Shown piece by piece: positions 8,601-16,466 of a DNA stretch of 38,975 bases. Under the pieces are notes generated by a model. That model saw nothing but the letters and a program-made list of their open reading frames with translations, had not been told where the DNA came from and ran no database searches. The stretch is from a virus (taxonomy: Duplodnaviria; Caudoviricetes), in the IMG/VR virus record IMGVR_UViG_3300027819_000029, positions 1 to 38,975 of that record; one strand, 5' to 3'. Position numbers and translations under genes: made by a program. Each line of letters begins with the position of its first letter. The first letter of the stretch is position 1.

Positions 8601-9985
8601 ATGTTGCTCCAGAGGATCAATTAGGTCCCTCTCCGTGTCGAGGACGGAGATGCAAACCGGGTGAATTCGGTGAACCCCGACCGGGAAACCGAGGGCAACG
8701 CCGAGCCAAGCCGGGGATACATCCCCGGAAGGTGTAGAGACTACCGGAGGGGTTCAGTCCCCTTAATAACCGGCCAGAGCGCCCGGGCCGAAAGGCATGA
8801 CATAGTCCACTCCCTTGGGTAACCAAGGAATCGAGTGCAATCGTTCAGACCCCGAGAAAATCTTCATCGTCGTGAAGAACACGTACTCAACCGCGTCACT
8901 CACCAACGGGCAGGCGGTGATCTGGGATTAGTCACATAGTCCCCCATCGTTTCTTCGGACCTAATTTAAGGGAGGACAGAACTTCAGGATGATTGGCGGG
9001 ATGATCCCTGCGACGGAGAACTTCCAGGTTCCCGATGGCATTATTCTGTTTGTTGCCGTCGATATGATGGACGATCTCGTAACGCCGCAGTTTCCTGCCA
9101 AGGTGCGTTTCCATGACGTGCCGATGTTCAAGCATACGCTTCCCGTTTACGGTGATTTCCCTGTAGCCCTGAGTGGAAATTCCCCCTTCTCCGTTGGCAC
9201 GTTTTTTACGGAAGAGGGGATCGCCGTAGCGGACCAGTCGCAGGTAGTGGGTATTGCACATCCCACGACCAGTGACTGGATTCTCGCAATCTTTAATGAC
9301 GCAGAGATTGGGAGAATCATGCTTGACAAATCGTCCTGTAGAATCCTTTTCCATTCGGTCCATGATTTATCCTCCTTGCTTGATAGTATGCCACAGACGA
9401 CAACGGAAGGCAAGAGGAACGATGGTGCAAACGGGGTGAACTCAGGGAAACCCGAACGGATAATGCCGAGGGCAATCCTGAGCCAAGCCGGGGATACATC
9501 CCCGGAAGGTGCAGAGACTACCGGAGGGGTTCAGTCCCCTTAATAACCGGCCAGAGCGCCCCGCTCGAAAGAGATGATATAGTCCGAGCCACCAGTAATG
9601 GTGGAACAACTTGTATGCCACGGACGCCGATGGCGTGGGAGTCACCAAGCCCACGGACACGGCAGCCGTGAAAGCCCTTCACAACGGGACCGCGTTCGCC
9701 GGTATCGCCGCGCAGACCATCGCGTCGGGCGCCTACGGGCTCATCCAGGTGTACGGGTACCACAGCGCGGTCCGCGTTCGCTCATGGACCGCCGGTGTCC
9801 CCGGCATCGCGGCGGGCACGGCTCTCGTTTGCGTGAGCGCCGTGTTCTGCCTGGAGAGCTACATCAACTACGCGCTGGCGACGAGTTCGCTGACGCAGGT
9901 CAACGTGAGGCACGCCGGGTTCGCGCTCGCGGCGCAGGCGTCCTGGACTACTAAGGCGATCGCGGTTTTTATAAAGGCTTTATAG
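8601..9985 (+). CDS. capsid decoration/cement-like protein, spliced: join(8601..8617,8838..8928,9614..9985), 159 aa
   Basis: SD GGGAGG + ATG 8601; joins AT|C and GAT|TAT give MLLQRINRSDPEKIFIVVKNTYSTASLTNGQAVIWDYATDADGVGVTKP...'AGIAAQTIASGAYGLIQVYG'; follows the capsid gene. Confidence 0.8.
8618..8837 (+). mobile_element. ORF-less mini group I intron (220 nt)
   Basis: P1 GGAU/GUCC; P2 UCUCCGU/ACGGAGA; P3 CCGGGUG/CGCCCGG; P4 UUCGGUG/CGCCGAG; P7 GAGACUA/UAGUCC; P8 GCC-GAAA-GGC; P9 CCUUGG-GUAA-CCAAGG; ends ...GAGUG at 8837. Confidence 0.9.
8703..8784 (+). repeat. 82-nt direct repeat of 9480..9561 (shared intron core)
   Basis: GAGCCAAGCCGGGGATACATCCCCGGAAGGTG(T/C)AGAGACTACC...CCAGAGCGCCC, one mismatch. 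Confidence 0.95.
8932..9363 (-). CDS. intron-encoded HNH endonuclease (antisense)
   Basis: N-terminal 'C...C...GMCNTHY' zinc motif; 'EHRHVME..LGRKL...EIVHHIDGNKQNN.IGNL'; minus-strand SD AAGGAGG at 9371-9377. Confidence 0.88.
   Translation of the reverse strand: MDRMEKDSTGRFVKHDSPNLCVIKDCENPVTGRGMCNTHYLRLVRYGDPLFRKKRANGEGGISTQGYREITVNGKRMLEHRHVMETHLGRKLRRYEIVHHIDGNKQNNAIGNLEVLRRRDHPANHPEVLSSLKLGPKKRWGTM
9385..9413 (-). promoter_or_regulatory. antisense promoter for the intron HNH
   Basis: Minus strand TTGCCT (9408-9413), 17 nt, CATACT (9385-9390) with extended -10 TG. Confidence 0.5.
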
Positions 9986-9987
9986 GC

Positions 9988-10050
9988 TTGACTTTATAAA
10001 AGCACCGCTGTATCCTGGGTGTGGATTCTAAATAATCCACACCCAGGAGG
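9988..10050 (+). promoter_or_regulatory. promoter plus RBS-sequestering hairpin for the free-standing HNH
   Basis: TTGACT (9988-9993), 17 nt, TATCCT (10011-10016); perfect 15-bp inverted repeat 10013-10027/10034-10048 overlapping SD AGGAGG (10045-10050). Confidence 0.7.
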
Positions 10051-10057
10051 TTTTTAA

Positions 10058-10648
10058 ATGACGAAGAGCGAAGAAGAAAAACGAAAGCACGCAGAATGGC
10101 ACCGGGAGTGGAGGAAAAAAAATCCAGAAAAAGCCCACGGATCTCCGGAATGGAGAAAACTTCATCCGGAAAAGGCAAGGGAAATTGATAGACGTAAGCG
10201 TGAGTTATATCGAGAAAAACGGTTAGAATACGCAAGGAAATACAACAAACCGTATTACGAAAAGAACAGGTCCGTAATTAGAGAAAAACAAAGCGATTAT
10301 TATAAAGAAAACGCGGAGGTAATAAAGGGTAAGGTTAGCGAGTATTATAAGAGAAACGAAATAAATATAAAAGAAAAGCGAAAAACATCCAGGATGGAAT
10401 TAATGGCATGGATGCAGGGAATTAAACAGCAATTAAATTGCTGTAAATGTCCAGAAAATCACCCATCCTGTTTAGAGTTCCATCACTTAGATCCAGAGAC
10501 AAAAGAGTATGCTGTTGGTAGGATGTTTAGCCTTAGCCTATCGTCAGAAAAATTGAAACAAATGATCTTGGAAGAGATGGGTAAATGTATAGTGCTTTGT
10601 TCAAATTGTCATAAAAAAGAACACCACAAAACAATCGGTTGTCCTTAG
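10058..10648 (+). CDS. free-standing HNH endonuclease
   Basis: AT-rich; long K/E/R/Y helical N-terminus; 'CCKCPENHPSCLEFHHLDP...KCIVLCSNCHKKEH'. Confidence 0.85.
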   Translation: MTKSEEEKRKHAEWHREWRKKNPEKAHGSPEWRKLHPEKAREIDRRKRELYREKRLEYARKYNKPYYEKNRSVIREKQSDYYKENAEVIKGKVSEYYKRNEINIKEKRKTSRMELMAWMQGIKQQLNCCKCPENHPSCLEFHHLDPETKEYAVGRMFSLSLSSEKLKQMILEEMGKCIVLCSNCHKKEHHKTIGCP

Positions 10649-10743
10649 TCGGGGTTTCACCTTTAACCAGCGGGTTCCTTCGGGACGCAAGTCGGAAGCC
10701 CCGACCTTCCGAGCCCGCGTAATTATCCAGTCGGGAGGATGCC

Positions 10744-10989
10744 ATGACTGCAAAGTATGGGAAGGACGAGCCGTTTTCTGATCCGGTGGTGATTTGCGAT
10801 TCGTGCAACGCGCTTCTGCTTGTCGTGGAGTTGAATGAACTCGGTATGTGCGAGAAGTGCGGCAATACTCGGGTACGCAACCTTCGGATCGTAACGGAAG
10901 AAAACCTGAAAACGCTCGAAGCGTGGAGAGACGAGGGGAAGATCGACCAAGAGTTCCTGGACATCTTCGGCCCGGTGCAAAAATCATGA
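10744..10989 (+). CDS. small zinc-ribbon protein
   Basis: CDSC...CEKCG; SD GGGAGG. Confidence 0.65.
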   Translation: MTAKYGKDEPFSDPVVICDSCNALLLVVELNELGMCEKCGNTRVRNLRIVTEENLKTLEAWRDEGKIDQEFLDIFGPVQKS

Positions 10990-12404
10990 GCCGCGTCCTC
11001 ATCGGTATTCCGTGCTACCGGGACGTATCGTCGGAAACCCTCGAAGATTACATGCGCCTCGCCTACTACTGTGGCCGGCGGATGCCGGAACACGAGTTTC
11101 TTCTGGCGATCAAGCCGAAGTCCGAGCAGTTCAGGGCGCGTAACGCCATCGTTGAGGCCGCGCTTCAGACGGCGTGCGATTACCTGTTCTTCCTCGACGA
11201 CGATCATGTCATCGACTGGGAGAATACCCGGGGGCCTACTCAGCGGTACGGGATGTTGCAGACGCTGATATCCCATATGGAGGCCGACCCGAAGCGGGGC
11301 ATCGTGGGTGCCCTGTACTATCATCGCGGTGGGGACTGCCGCCCGGTTCTGATGAAATACGGTCAGGACGGAGGCACCTACTGGATCCGCGAGGATCAGA
11401 TTACCGGCGAGATGCAGGAAGTGGCCGTACAGGGCGGCGGTTGCATGTTGCTGCGGATGTCGATGTTCGACAAGATCAAGTCTCCGTGGTTCGAGCCGGA
11501 ATTTGATCTTGGAACGGATTTACAGATATGCAAGAAGGCCGTCGGTGCGGGGTTCACGGTCTGGTGTGATACGTCGATCAAGGTCGGGCACGTGCTCAAC
11601 AAGCGCGAGATCATCACGCCGAACAACCGGCATCGGTATTCGATGGAGAACGCCGCGACTCTTTCCCAGTCGGGTGAGGGAGTGGAGACGGGGTGGGCGG
11701 TGAGTTCCGCCCTCCAACTCTACCGGATGGACGCGGAAGAGCATATGGGGATGACGATCAACGATATGGCGAAGATCGCCGAGAGGTACAACCCGGCAGA
11801 CATCGCCGCCGCTGGCGACGACCTGAAGAGTTACTACGGCTCCAGAGGCAAGGAGCAGTTGGCGAGGCAGGTTATTTTCCATCATAGCCCGGCCATGATT
11901 CAGCAGATGGAAATGATCCTCGGGATGATAAATAAAAACGCGGAAGGATACGCGCTGGATTTCGGATGCGGGTCCGCTCCGGTGAGCATGGAACTCGTCA
12001 TGCGCGGGCAGCGCGTTGACTTCATCGACGTGGACGGAGCCGGGGCTTACGAGTTCACGAAGTGGCGTGCGAAGAAGCGCGGCGTATCCGACCGGTGCGG
12101 GTGGACTTGGGGCGGGCCGTATGACTACGCCCTGATGCTTGATTCCATCGAGCACCTCCCCGATTGGAGGGAAGACGTAGGCAAGGTTTGCGATCTGCTG
12201 AAAGATGGCGGGGCGCTCATCACGAATTACTTCCTTAACCGGGATTTCGATAACCCGGAGCATATTTCCATGGATCATAAGGCCGTACAGGAGTTTCTTA
12301 TAAGCAAAGGCGTGTATCCGATCAACCTTATCCTCTGGACGAAATCGGACCTTGGGTTCATGGACAAGAAGGTCATGGACGGCGGCGTATGCGCTCCGTC
12401 CTGA
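10986..12404 (+). CDS. GT-A (family 2-like) glycosyltransferase fused to a class I SAM-dependent methyltransferase
   Basis: 'VLIGIPCY...ARNAIVE..L...DYLFFLDDD...GGGCMLL...DLQIC..A...G..VWCD' then 'ALDFGCGSA...DSIEHL'; ATG 10986 coupled to the upstream stop. Confidence 0.85.
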   Translation: MSRVLIGIPCYRDVSSETLEDYMRLAYYCGRRMPEHEFLLAIKPKSEQFRARNAIVEAALQTACDYLFFLDDDHVIDWENTRGPTQRYGMLQTLISHMEADPKRGIVGALYYHRGGDCRPVLMKYGQDGGTYWIREDQITGEMQEVAVQGGGCMLLRMSMFDKIKSPWFEPEFDLGTDLQICKKAVGAGFTVWCDTSIKVGHVLNKREIITPNNRHRYSMENAATLSQSGEGVETGWAVSSALQLYRMDAEEHMGMTINDMAKIAERYNPADIAAAGDDLKSYYGSRGKEQLARQVIFHHSPAMIQQMEMILGMINKNAEGYALDFGCGSAPVSMELVMRGQRVDFIDVDGAGAYEFTKWRAKKRGVSDRCGWTWGGPYDYALMLDSIEHLPDWREDVGKVCDLLKDGGALITNYFLNRDFDNPEHISMDHKAVQEFLISKGVYPINLILWTKSDLGFMDKKVMDGGVCAPS

Positions 12405-12599
12405 TGGAGATTGAGTACCCGCCCGACGCGGTTATCTTGAATGTCGGATGCGGCCACGACATCCGGAAGGGTGCCATCAATATTGACCTTTACCCGTGCT
12501 GATGAGCGCGGGTGTTTCGAGAAGAATTTGGAGTACTACAAACAGAAGCATGGGAACGTGTCAGAGCTAACAATGTCGGTATCCCCACAGGAGGTATGA
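12404..12599 (+). pseudogene. degraded methyltransferase remnant
   Basis: 'ILNVGCGHDIRKGAINIDLYP' (SAM-MTase motif I) stops at 12500-12502; a protein-like tail 'ADERGCFEKNLEYYKQKHG...' continues in another frame to 12599. Confidence 0.6.
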
Positions 12600-12603
12600 A
12601 GAC

Positions 12604-12894
12604 ATGGCAGACGTGATCTTGAAGAGGACGGCATTCGTAGAGGTGGTTGGAGGGGTGCATCGGTTCGCCGATTTCGCCCGCGTCATCACCCCGCTCGGCA
12701 CGATGGTGGAACCGTTCCTGCCATTCCAGAAAACATCGAACAACGGGTCGATCCAAGAGTACGACGCCACGGAAGAGATGTGCCGGGTAGACGACATCGA
12801 GCAGATAGACTCCGACAGGTTGCCGTCGCAGTTGGGAGACGGGGGATCGCCCTCCCTTCACGGCGGGAATCAGATGTCGCGGACGGGGAGGTAA
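12604..12894 (+). CDS. hypothetical (virion module) protein
   Basis: SD AGGAGG, operon continuity. Confidence 0.6.
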   Translation: MADVILKRTAFVEVVGGVHRFADFARVITPLGTMVEPFLPFQKTSNNGSIQEYDATEEMCRVDDIEQIDSDRLPSQLGDGGSPSLHGGNQMSRTGR

Positions 12895-12897
12895 GCC

Positions 12898-13215
12898 ATG
12901 TACGATGGCGTCTTCTCTCTGGACGGGGATCCGCACAACGGTACGTACACGGTAACCACGGGGGACCCTTACCAGACTCTCGCGGAGTTAGGGGTTAATC
13001 TGACCGCCCCGAACGGTCAGCGGGCACAGGGCGTCTTCATCACCGTGGAGACGAACGCGGCACGGTTCCTGTTTCCCGGTACCGGTATCATCGGACATTC
13101 CATCGCCTCGGCCGGTTCCATCTCGATCAAGGGGATGGCGTCCGTGGACAAGATCCGGCTGGCGAGCGCGGCGGCTGGTTCTGCGGCGACGTGTCGCGTC
13201 ACGCCGTATTTTTAA
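12898..13215 (+). CDS. hypothetical beta-rich virion protein
   Basis: SD GGAGG; G/A/T-rich composition. Confidence 0.65.
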   Translation: MYDGVFSLDGDPHNGTYTVTTGDPYQTLAELGVNLTAPNGQRAQGVFITVETNAARFLFPGTGIIGHSIASAGSISIKGMASVDKIRLASAAAGSAATCRVTPYF

Positions 13216-13243
13216 CCCGCCCTCCGTGGCGATGGTGGAATAA

Positions 13244-14272
13244 ATGAATCACCACTACAGAGCCTTCGGTAGTCTCTTCTTCCTGCTCCACCAGGGGAAG
13301 TTGCTCTGGCTCCTGAACGCTCCCGTCGTCGGCAGGTGGTTCCGTCGCGTCCTGCGGATCAGCGGGGAATCTTCGTCCGTCGGGCGTCGGCGCATCTTCC
13401 GCATCCTGCCTCACGCGATCTTCTGGTGGGACGGGCCGCGTCAGAAAGCGGAGTTCCGCACTCACGCGAAGTTCTCCAAGCGACTGTACTACGCCTTCCG
13501 TCCCCTGTGGTGGACGCTCCACGCTTGGGACTGGTGCGTTGCGGACCGGTGGGTTCCGCAACTGTCGTTCGGGTTCTCGACGTTGACTGCGTATCCCAAT
13601 GCAGACGCGGACGCTGGAAAAACATCCTGTGACGGCTTCACCGAAAGAACGAATGCGGCGGGGGAATCATGGGCAACGCTCATCGCGGGAGCGGGTACCG
13701 CATTCGATGTAGTTGAAACGGCAGGGTCGTATCTGAAAATCATCTCCGACACGACCACGAACGAATGGAGAACCCTGCGCCGAACGTTCCTCGGATTTGA
13801 TACGTCGGGGCTTACGGCATCGGCAAGCATATCGGCGGCAGTATTATCCATTATGGGTTATACGAAGCAGGACGCTCCCGGCATCGCTCCCAATTTGGAC
13901 ATATATGCGGCGACTCCGGCATCAAACACCGCGCTGGCGAGTACAGACCATGTCAACGTCGGCAACGTTTCGCAGACGGGATTGCCAGTAACCTACGCCA
14001 ATTGGCCGACAAGCGACGCTTGGGTTGATTTCACGTTTAACGCAACCGGCAGGGGGAACGTCAGCAAAACCGGGGTAAGTCTTTTCTGTACGAGAAACGC
14101 AAACTATGAGGTTTCCGGCACACCTCCCGCATGGTCCAGCGTATACGATGTCCGATTGTCGGGGTATCGCGCTGACAATGCCGGCACCGCCAACGATCCG
14201 AAACTGGTGGTGACGTATACGCTACCGATTATCCCCGTTGCGATGCATCACTACAATATGATGAGAGGGTAA
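13244..14272 (+). CDS. putative virion protein: W/F/R-rich leader plus a DNRLRE-like beta-sandwich domain
   Basis: 'RRTFLGFDTSGL...ISAAVLSI...DPKLVVTY' resembles DNRLRE/disaggregatase-like domains. Confidence 0.55.
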   Translation: MNHHYRAFGSLFFLLHQGKLLWLLNAPVVGRWFRRVLRISGESSSVGRRRIFRILPHAIFWWDGPRQKAEFRTHAKFSKRLYYAFRPLWWTLHAWDWCVADRWVPQLSFGFSTLTAYPNADADAGKTSCDGFTERTNAAGESWATLIAGAGTAFDVVETAGSYLKIISDTTTNEWRTLRRTFLGFDTSGLTASASISAAVLSIMGYTKQDAPGIAPNLDIYAATPASNTALASTDHVNVGNVSQTGLPVTYANWPTSDAWVDFTFNATGRGNVSKTGVSLFCTRNANYEVSGTPPAWSSVYDVRLSGYRADNAGTANDPKLVVTYTLPIIPVAMHHYNMMRG

Positions 14273-14275
14273 GCC

Positions 14276-15505
14276 GTGCAATTCCTGAAGCATAACGCAG
14301 CGGCCACGATCATGTTCGGTCCTTTCGTCGATAAGACCGACGGCGTTACCCTCAAGACGGATGCGACCACCATCACCGATATCGACCACGCGACGACAGG
14401 GATATTCTTGAGCAAAGCGGGCGCGGCGGCGGCTATTCGGCACCAGAATGTCACCGCCTCGGTTGCAGACGCCTACGGCATGATGAAAGTAACGTTGGAC
14501 ACGACGGACTTGAATGCTCTCGGCACCCTTGATGTCCTGTTCGCCAAGGCCGCAACATACCTGCCGGTGCATAAAGTTTTCATGGTTGTTCCCGCAAGCG
14601 TCTACGACGCCATGTTCGAGCATCCGGTCCATGACTTATCCGGGATGAATTTCGACGACCGGCTTCCTGTTCCGCAATTCGACACGATGTCCCCCGGCGA
14701 CCTGATGGCGAACGTCTACCGGTGGGACGGTGGGCGCGTGTCGAACCCTGCGACGGAAGGGGTGCCGGACGCGAGCGTTATAAATTGGAAAGGCGCTACC
14801 GCCCCGGCGATGACCGGGGATGCGTTCGCCCGACTTGGGGCACCCGCAGGGGCGTCCATCGCAGCGGACCTTCTCGTCATAGATAATTTCGTGGACGATC
14901 TTGAGACGCGGATCACAGAAGCGCGACTTTCGGAACTCGATGCCGGGACTCCGGGGAAGATGGCCTACGTTGCCGATGTAATCGCGGTGGACGTGGCGGG
15001 ACTGGACGGTGCGGCCATGCGCGGAACCGACAGTGCGGCCCTTGCGTCGGTCTGCACGGAGGGTCGCCTGTCAGAACTTGATGCGGCCACTCCCGGCAAG
15101 GCGGCGGCGGAGATCGACCTCATCAAGACGGACACGGCGGCGGTCCTTGTGGACACAGGCACCACTCTCGACGGCAGGATTCCGGCGGCGCTTGTGGGTG
15201 GGCGCATGGACTCGAACGCCTCGGCCATCGCCGGAGTCGCGGCAGCGGCAACGAACCTCGCCGCATCTGCCGGGGTTATCTACATCGGCTCCGTTACCGG
15301 CGCAGCGGCGACCACTACGCTCATCGACTCCGCTCTGACGCAGGCGGCGGATGGTTTCTGGATTGGACGCATCGTGATCTTTACGAGCGGGACGCTGAAG
15401 TATCAGGCGACCGACATCACGGCGTTCGACGCGGCAACCGATAAACTCACATTCACCGCGCTTACCGGCATTCCGGGCGCGGGTGATACCTACGTGATCG
15501 TATGA
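14276..15505 (+). CDS. putative virion structural/fibre protein
   Basis: A/T/D-rich; internal repeat E(A/G)RLSELDA(G/A)TPGK; located in the morphogenesis operon. Confidence 0.55.
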   Translation: MQFLKHNAAATIMFGPFVDKTDGVTLKTDATTITDIDHATTGIFLSKAGAAAAIRHQNVTASVADAYGMMKVTLDTTDLNALGTLDVLFAKAATYLPVHKVFMVVPASVYDAMFEHPVHDLSGMNFDDRLPVPQFDTMSPGDLMANVYRWDGGRVSNPATEGVPDASVINWKGATAPAMTGDAFARLGAPAGASIAADLLVIDNFVDDLETRITEARLSELDAGTPGKMAYVADVIAVDVAGLDGAAMRGTDSAALASVCTEGRLSELDAATPGKAAAEIDLIKTDTAAVLVDTGTTLDGRIPAALVGGRMDSNASAIAGVAAAATNLAASAGVIYIGSVTGAAATTTLIDSALTQAADGFWIGRIVIFTSGTLKYQATDITAFDAATDKLTFTALTGIPGAGDTYVIV

Positions 15506-15645
15506 GGACCCGACTCGCACTCTCGGCCACGCCGGGGAGAAATTACGGATCATTTACAGGAAGAGGGACGACGGAAGCCGGTCCATTCGATATGCCTACG
15601 CTGTCAACAATGCCAACGATACCAACGATACGGAGGGCGTTATGA
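15502..15645 (+). CDS. small hypothetical protein (47 aa, not in ORF track)
   Basis: MRTRLALSATPGRNYGSF...; ATGA overlaps at both ends fill the gap exactly. Confidence 0.5.
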   Translation: MRTRLALSATPGRNYGSFTGRGTTEAGPFDMPTLSTMPTIPTIRRAL

Positions 15646-15947
15646 GTGTGAAGCCGATTGCAATTTTCGAAGCCGACCGCTGCAAAGTGTACCTGTGGGA
15701 TGGGGTGACGCCAGACGCCCCCGGAGAGGCGTTGTCCTGCGACACGTTCACGCCCCGGGCCTTACAGGTCGAGGGAGATTTCACGAGGGCGTATCTCGAC
15801 GCCACCTGCGGCGGGGAGTGGGAGCCGATCGCTTCCATGCCCCTCGGCGGTATCGCCAAGGTGGACATTGAGGTACTGAAGGTCCGGCCACGGATCCAAG
15901 GTGCCGAGGGGATGAATGCAAAATTCTGGTTAACGGTGCGGAGGTAG
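15642..15947 (+). CDS. hypothetical virion protein
   Basis: SD GGAGGG; operon continuity. Confidence 0.55.
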   Translation: MSVKPIAIFEADRCKVYLWDGVTPDAPGEALSCDTFTPRALQVEGDFTRAYLDATCGGEWEPIASMPLGGIAKVDIEVLKVRPRIQGAEGMNAKFWLTVRR

Positions 15948-15950
15948 GTC

Positions 15951-16466
15951 ATGGCGATATTGACGAAAGACGAGATCAAAGAAGCCCTCGGGTTCATCGG
16001 GGACGCGAAGAAGATACTCGATATCTTCAACAAGGCCGAGTCCGCCATCGCCGTCCTCGGGCAACTCGACGCATCCGTGTCATCCCTCGGGAAGAAGGCG
16101 GAGGGACTGCGGGCGGAGGTTGCGGGACTGGAGGGGCAGAAGGCCAAGTTCGCGCAGGAACGCGAGGCGCAGAAAAAGACGCTGGAGGCGGACCGACTGT
16201 CCACCATCAACAGCATCGAGGCGGAAAATGCGGCGAATAAAGAAAAGGCGTCTGTTATAGCGCAGGAACGGAAGGCCCGCTGCGACGCCGCGCTTGAGAC
16301 GACGAACCAAGAGAGACTTGCCCTCGTCCGGGAGATCCACGGTCTTAGCATGTCCCGGGACGGGATCGAGGGGGACATCAAGGCGCTCATCGCCTCCCAG
16401 ACGACGGAGCAGTCACGCCTCGACGCCATCCTCGGCAAGATCGCGGAACTGAAAAGCCGCCTGTAG
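15951..16466 (+). CDS. coiled-coil protein
   Basis: Heptad-rich A/E/K/L sequence; SD GGAGGT. Confidence 0.65.
   Translation: MAILTKDEIKEALGFIGDAKKILDIFNKAESAIAVLGQLDASVSSLGKKAEGLRAEVAGLEGQKAKFAQEREAQKKTLEADRLSTINSIEAENAANKEKASVIAQERKARCDAALETTNQERLALVREIHGLSMSRDGIEGDIKALIASQTTEQSRLDAILGKIAELKSRL

Larger units (their letters stand above)
8929..9613 (+). mobile_element. group I intron (685 nt) with an antisense HNH gene in the P2 loop
   Basis: P1 GGGAU/GUCCC; P10 CAUA/UAUG with exon 3; P2 8944-8955/9414-9425; P3 CGGGGUG/CGCCCCG; P4 CUCAGGG/UCCUGAG; P7 GAGACUA/UAGUCC; P8 CUC-GAAA-GAG; terminal G 9613. Confidence 0.9.

Noticed and set aside
8989-9543. 184-aa sense-strand ORF inside the second cement intron
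   Set aside because: Codon shadow of the antisense HNH running into the ribozyme core; no SD or motifs
9611-9985. 124-aa ORF with TTG start
   Set aside because: The TTG is the last three intron bases (terminal G 9613); this is exon 3
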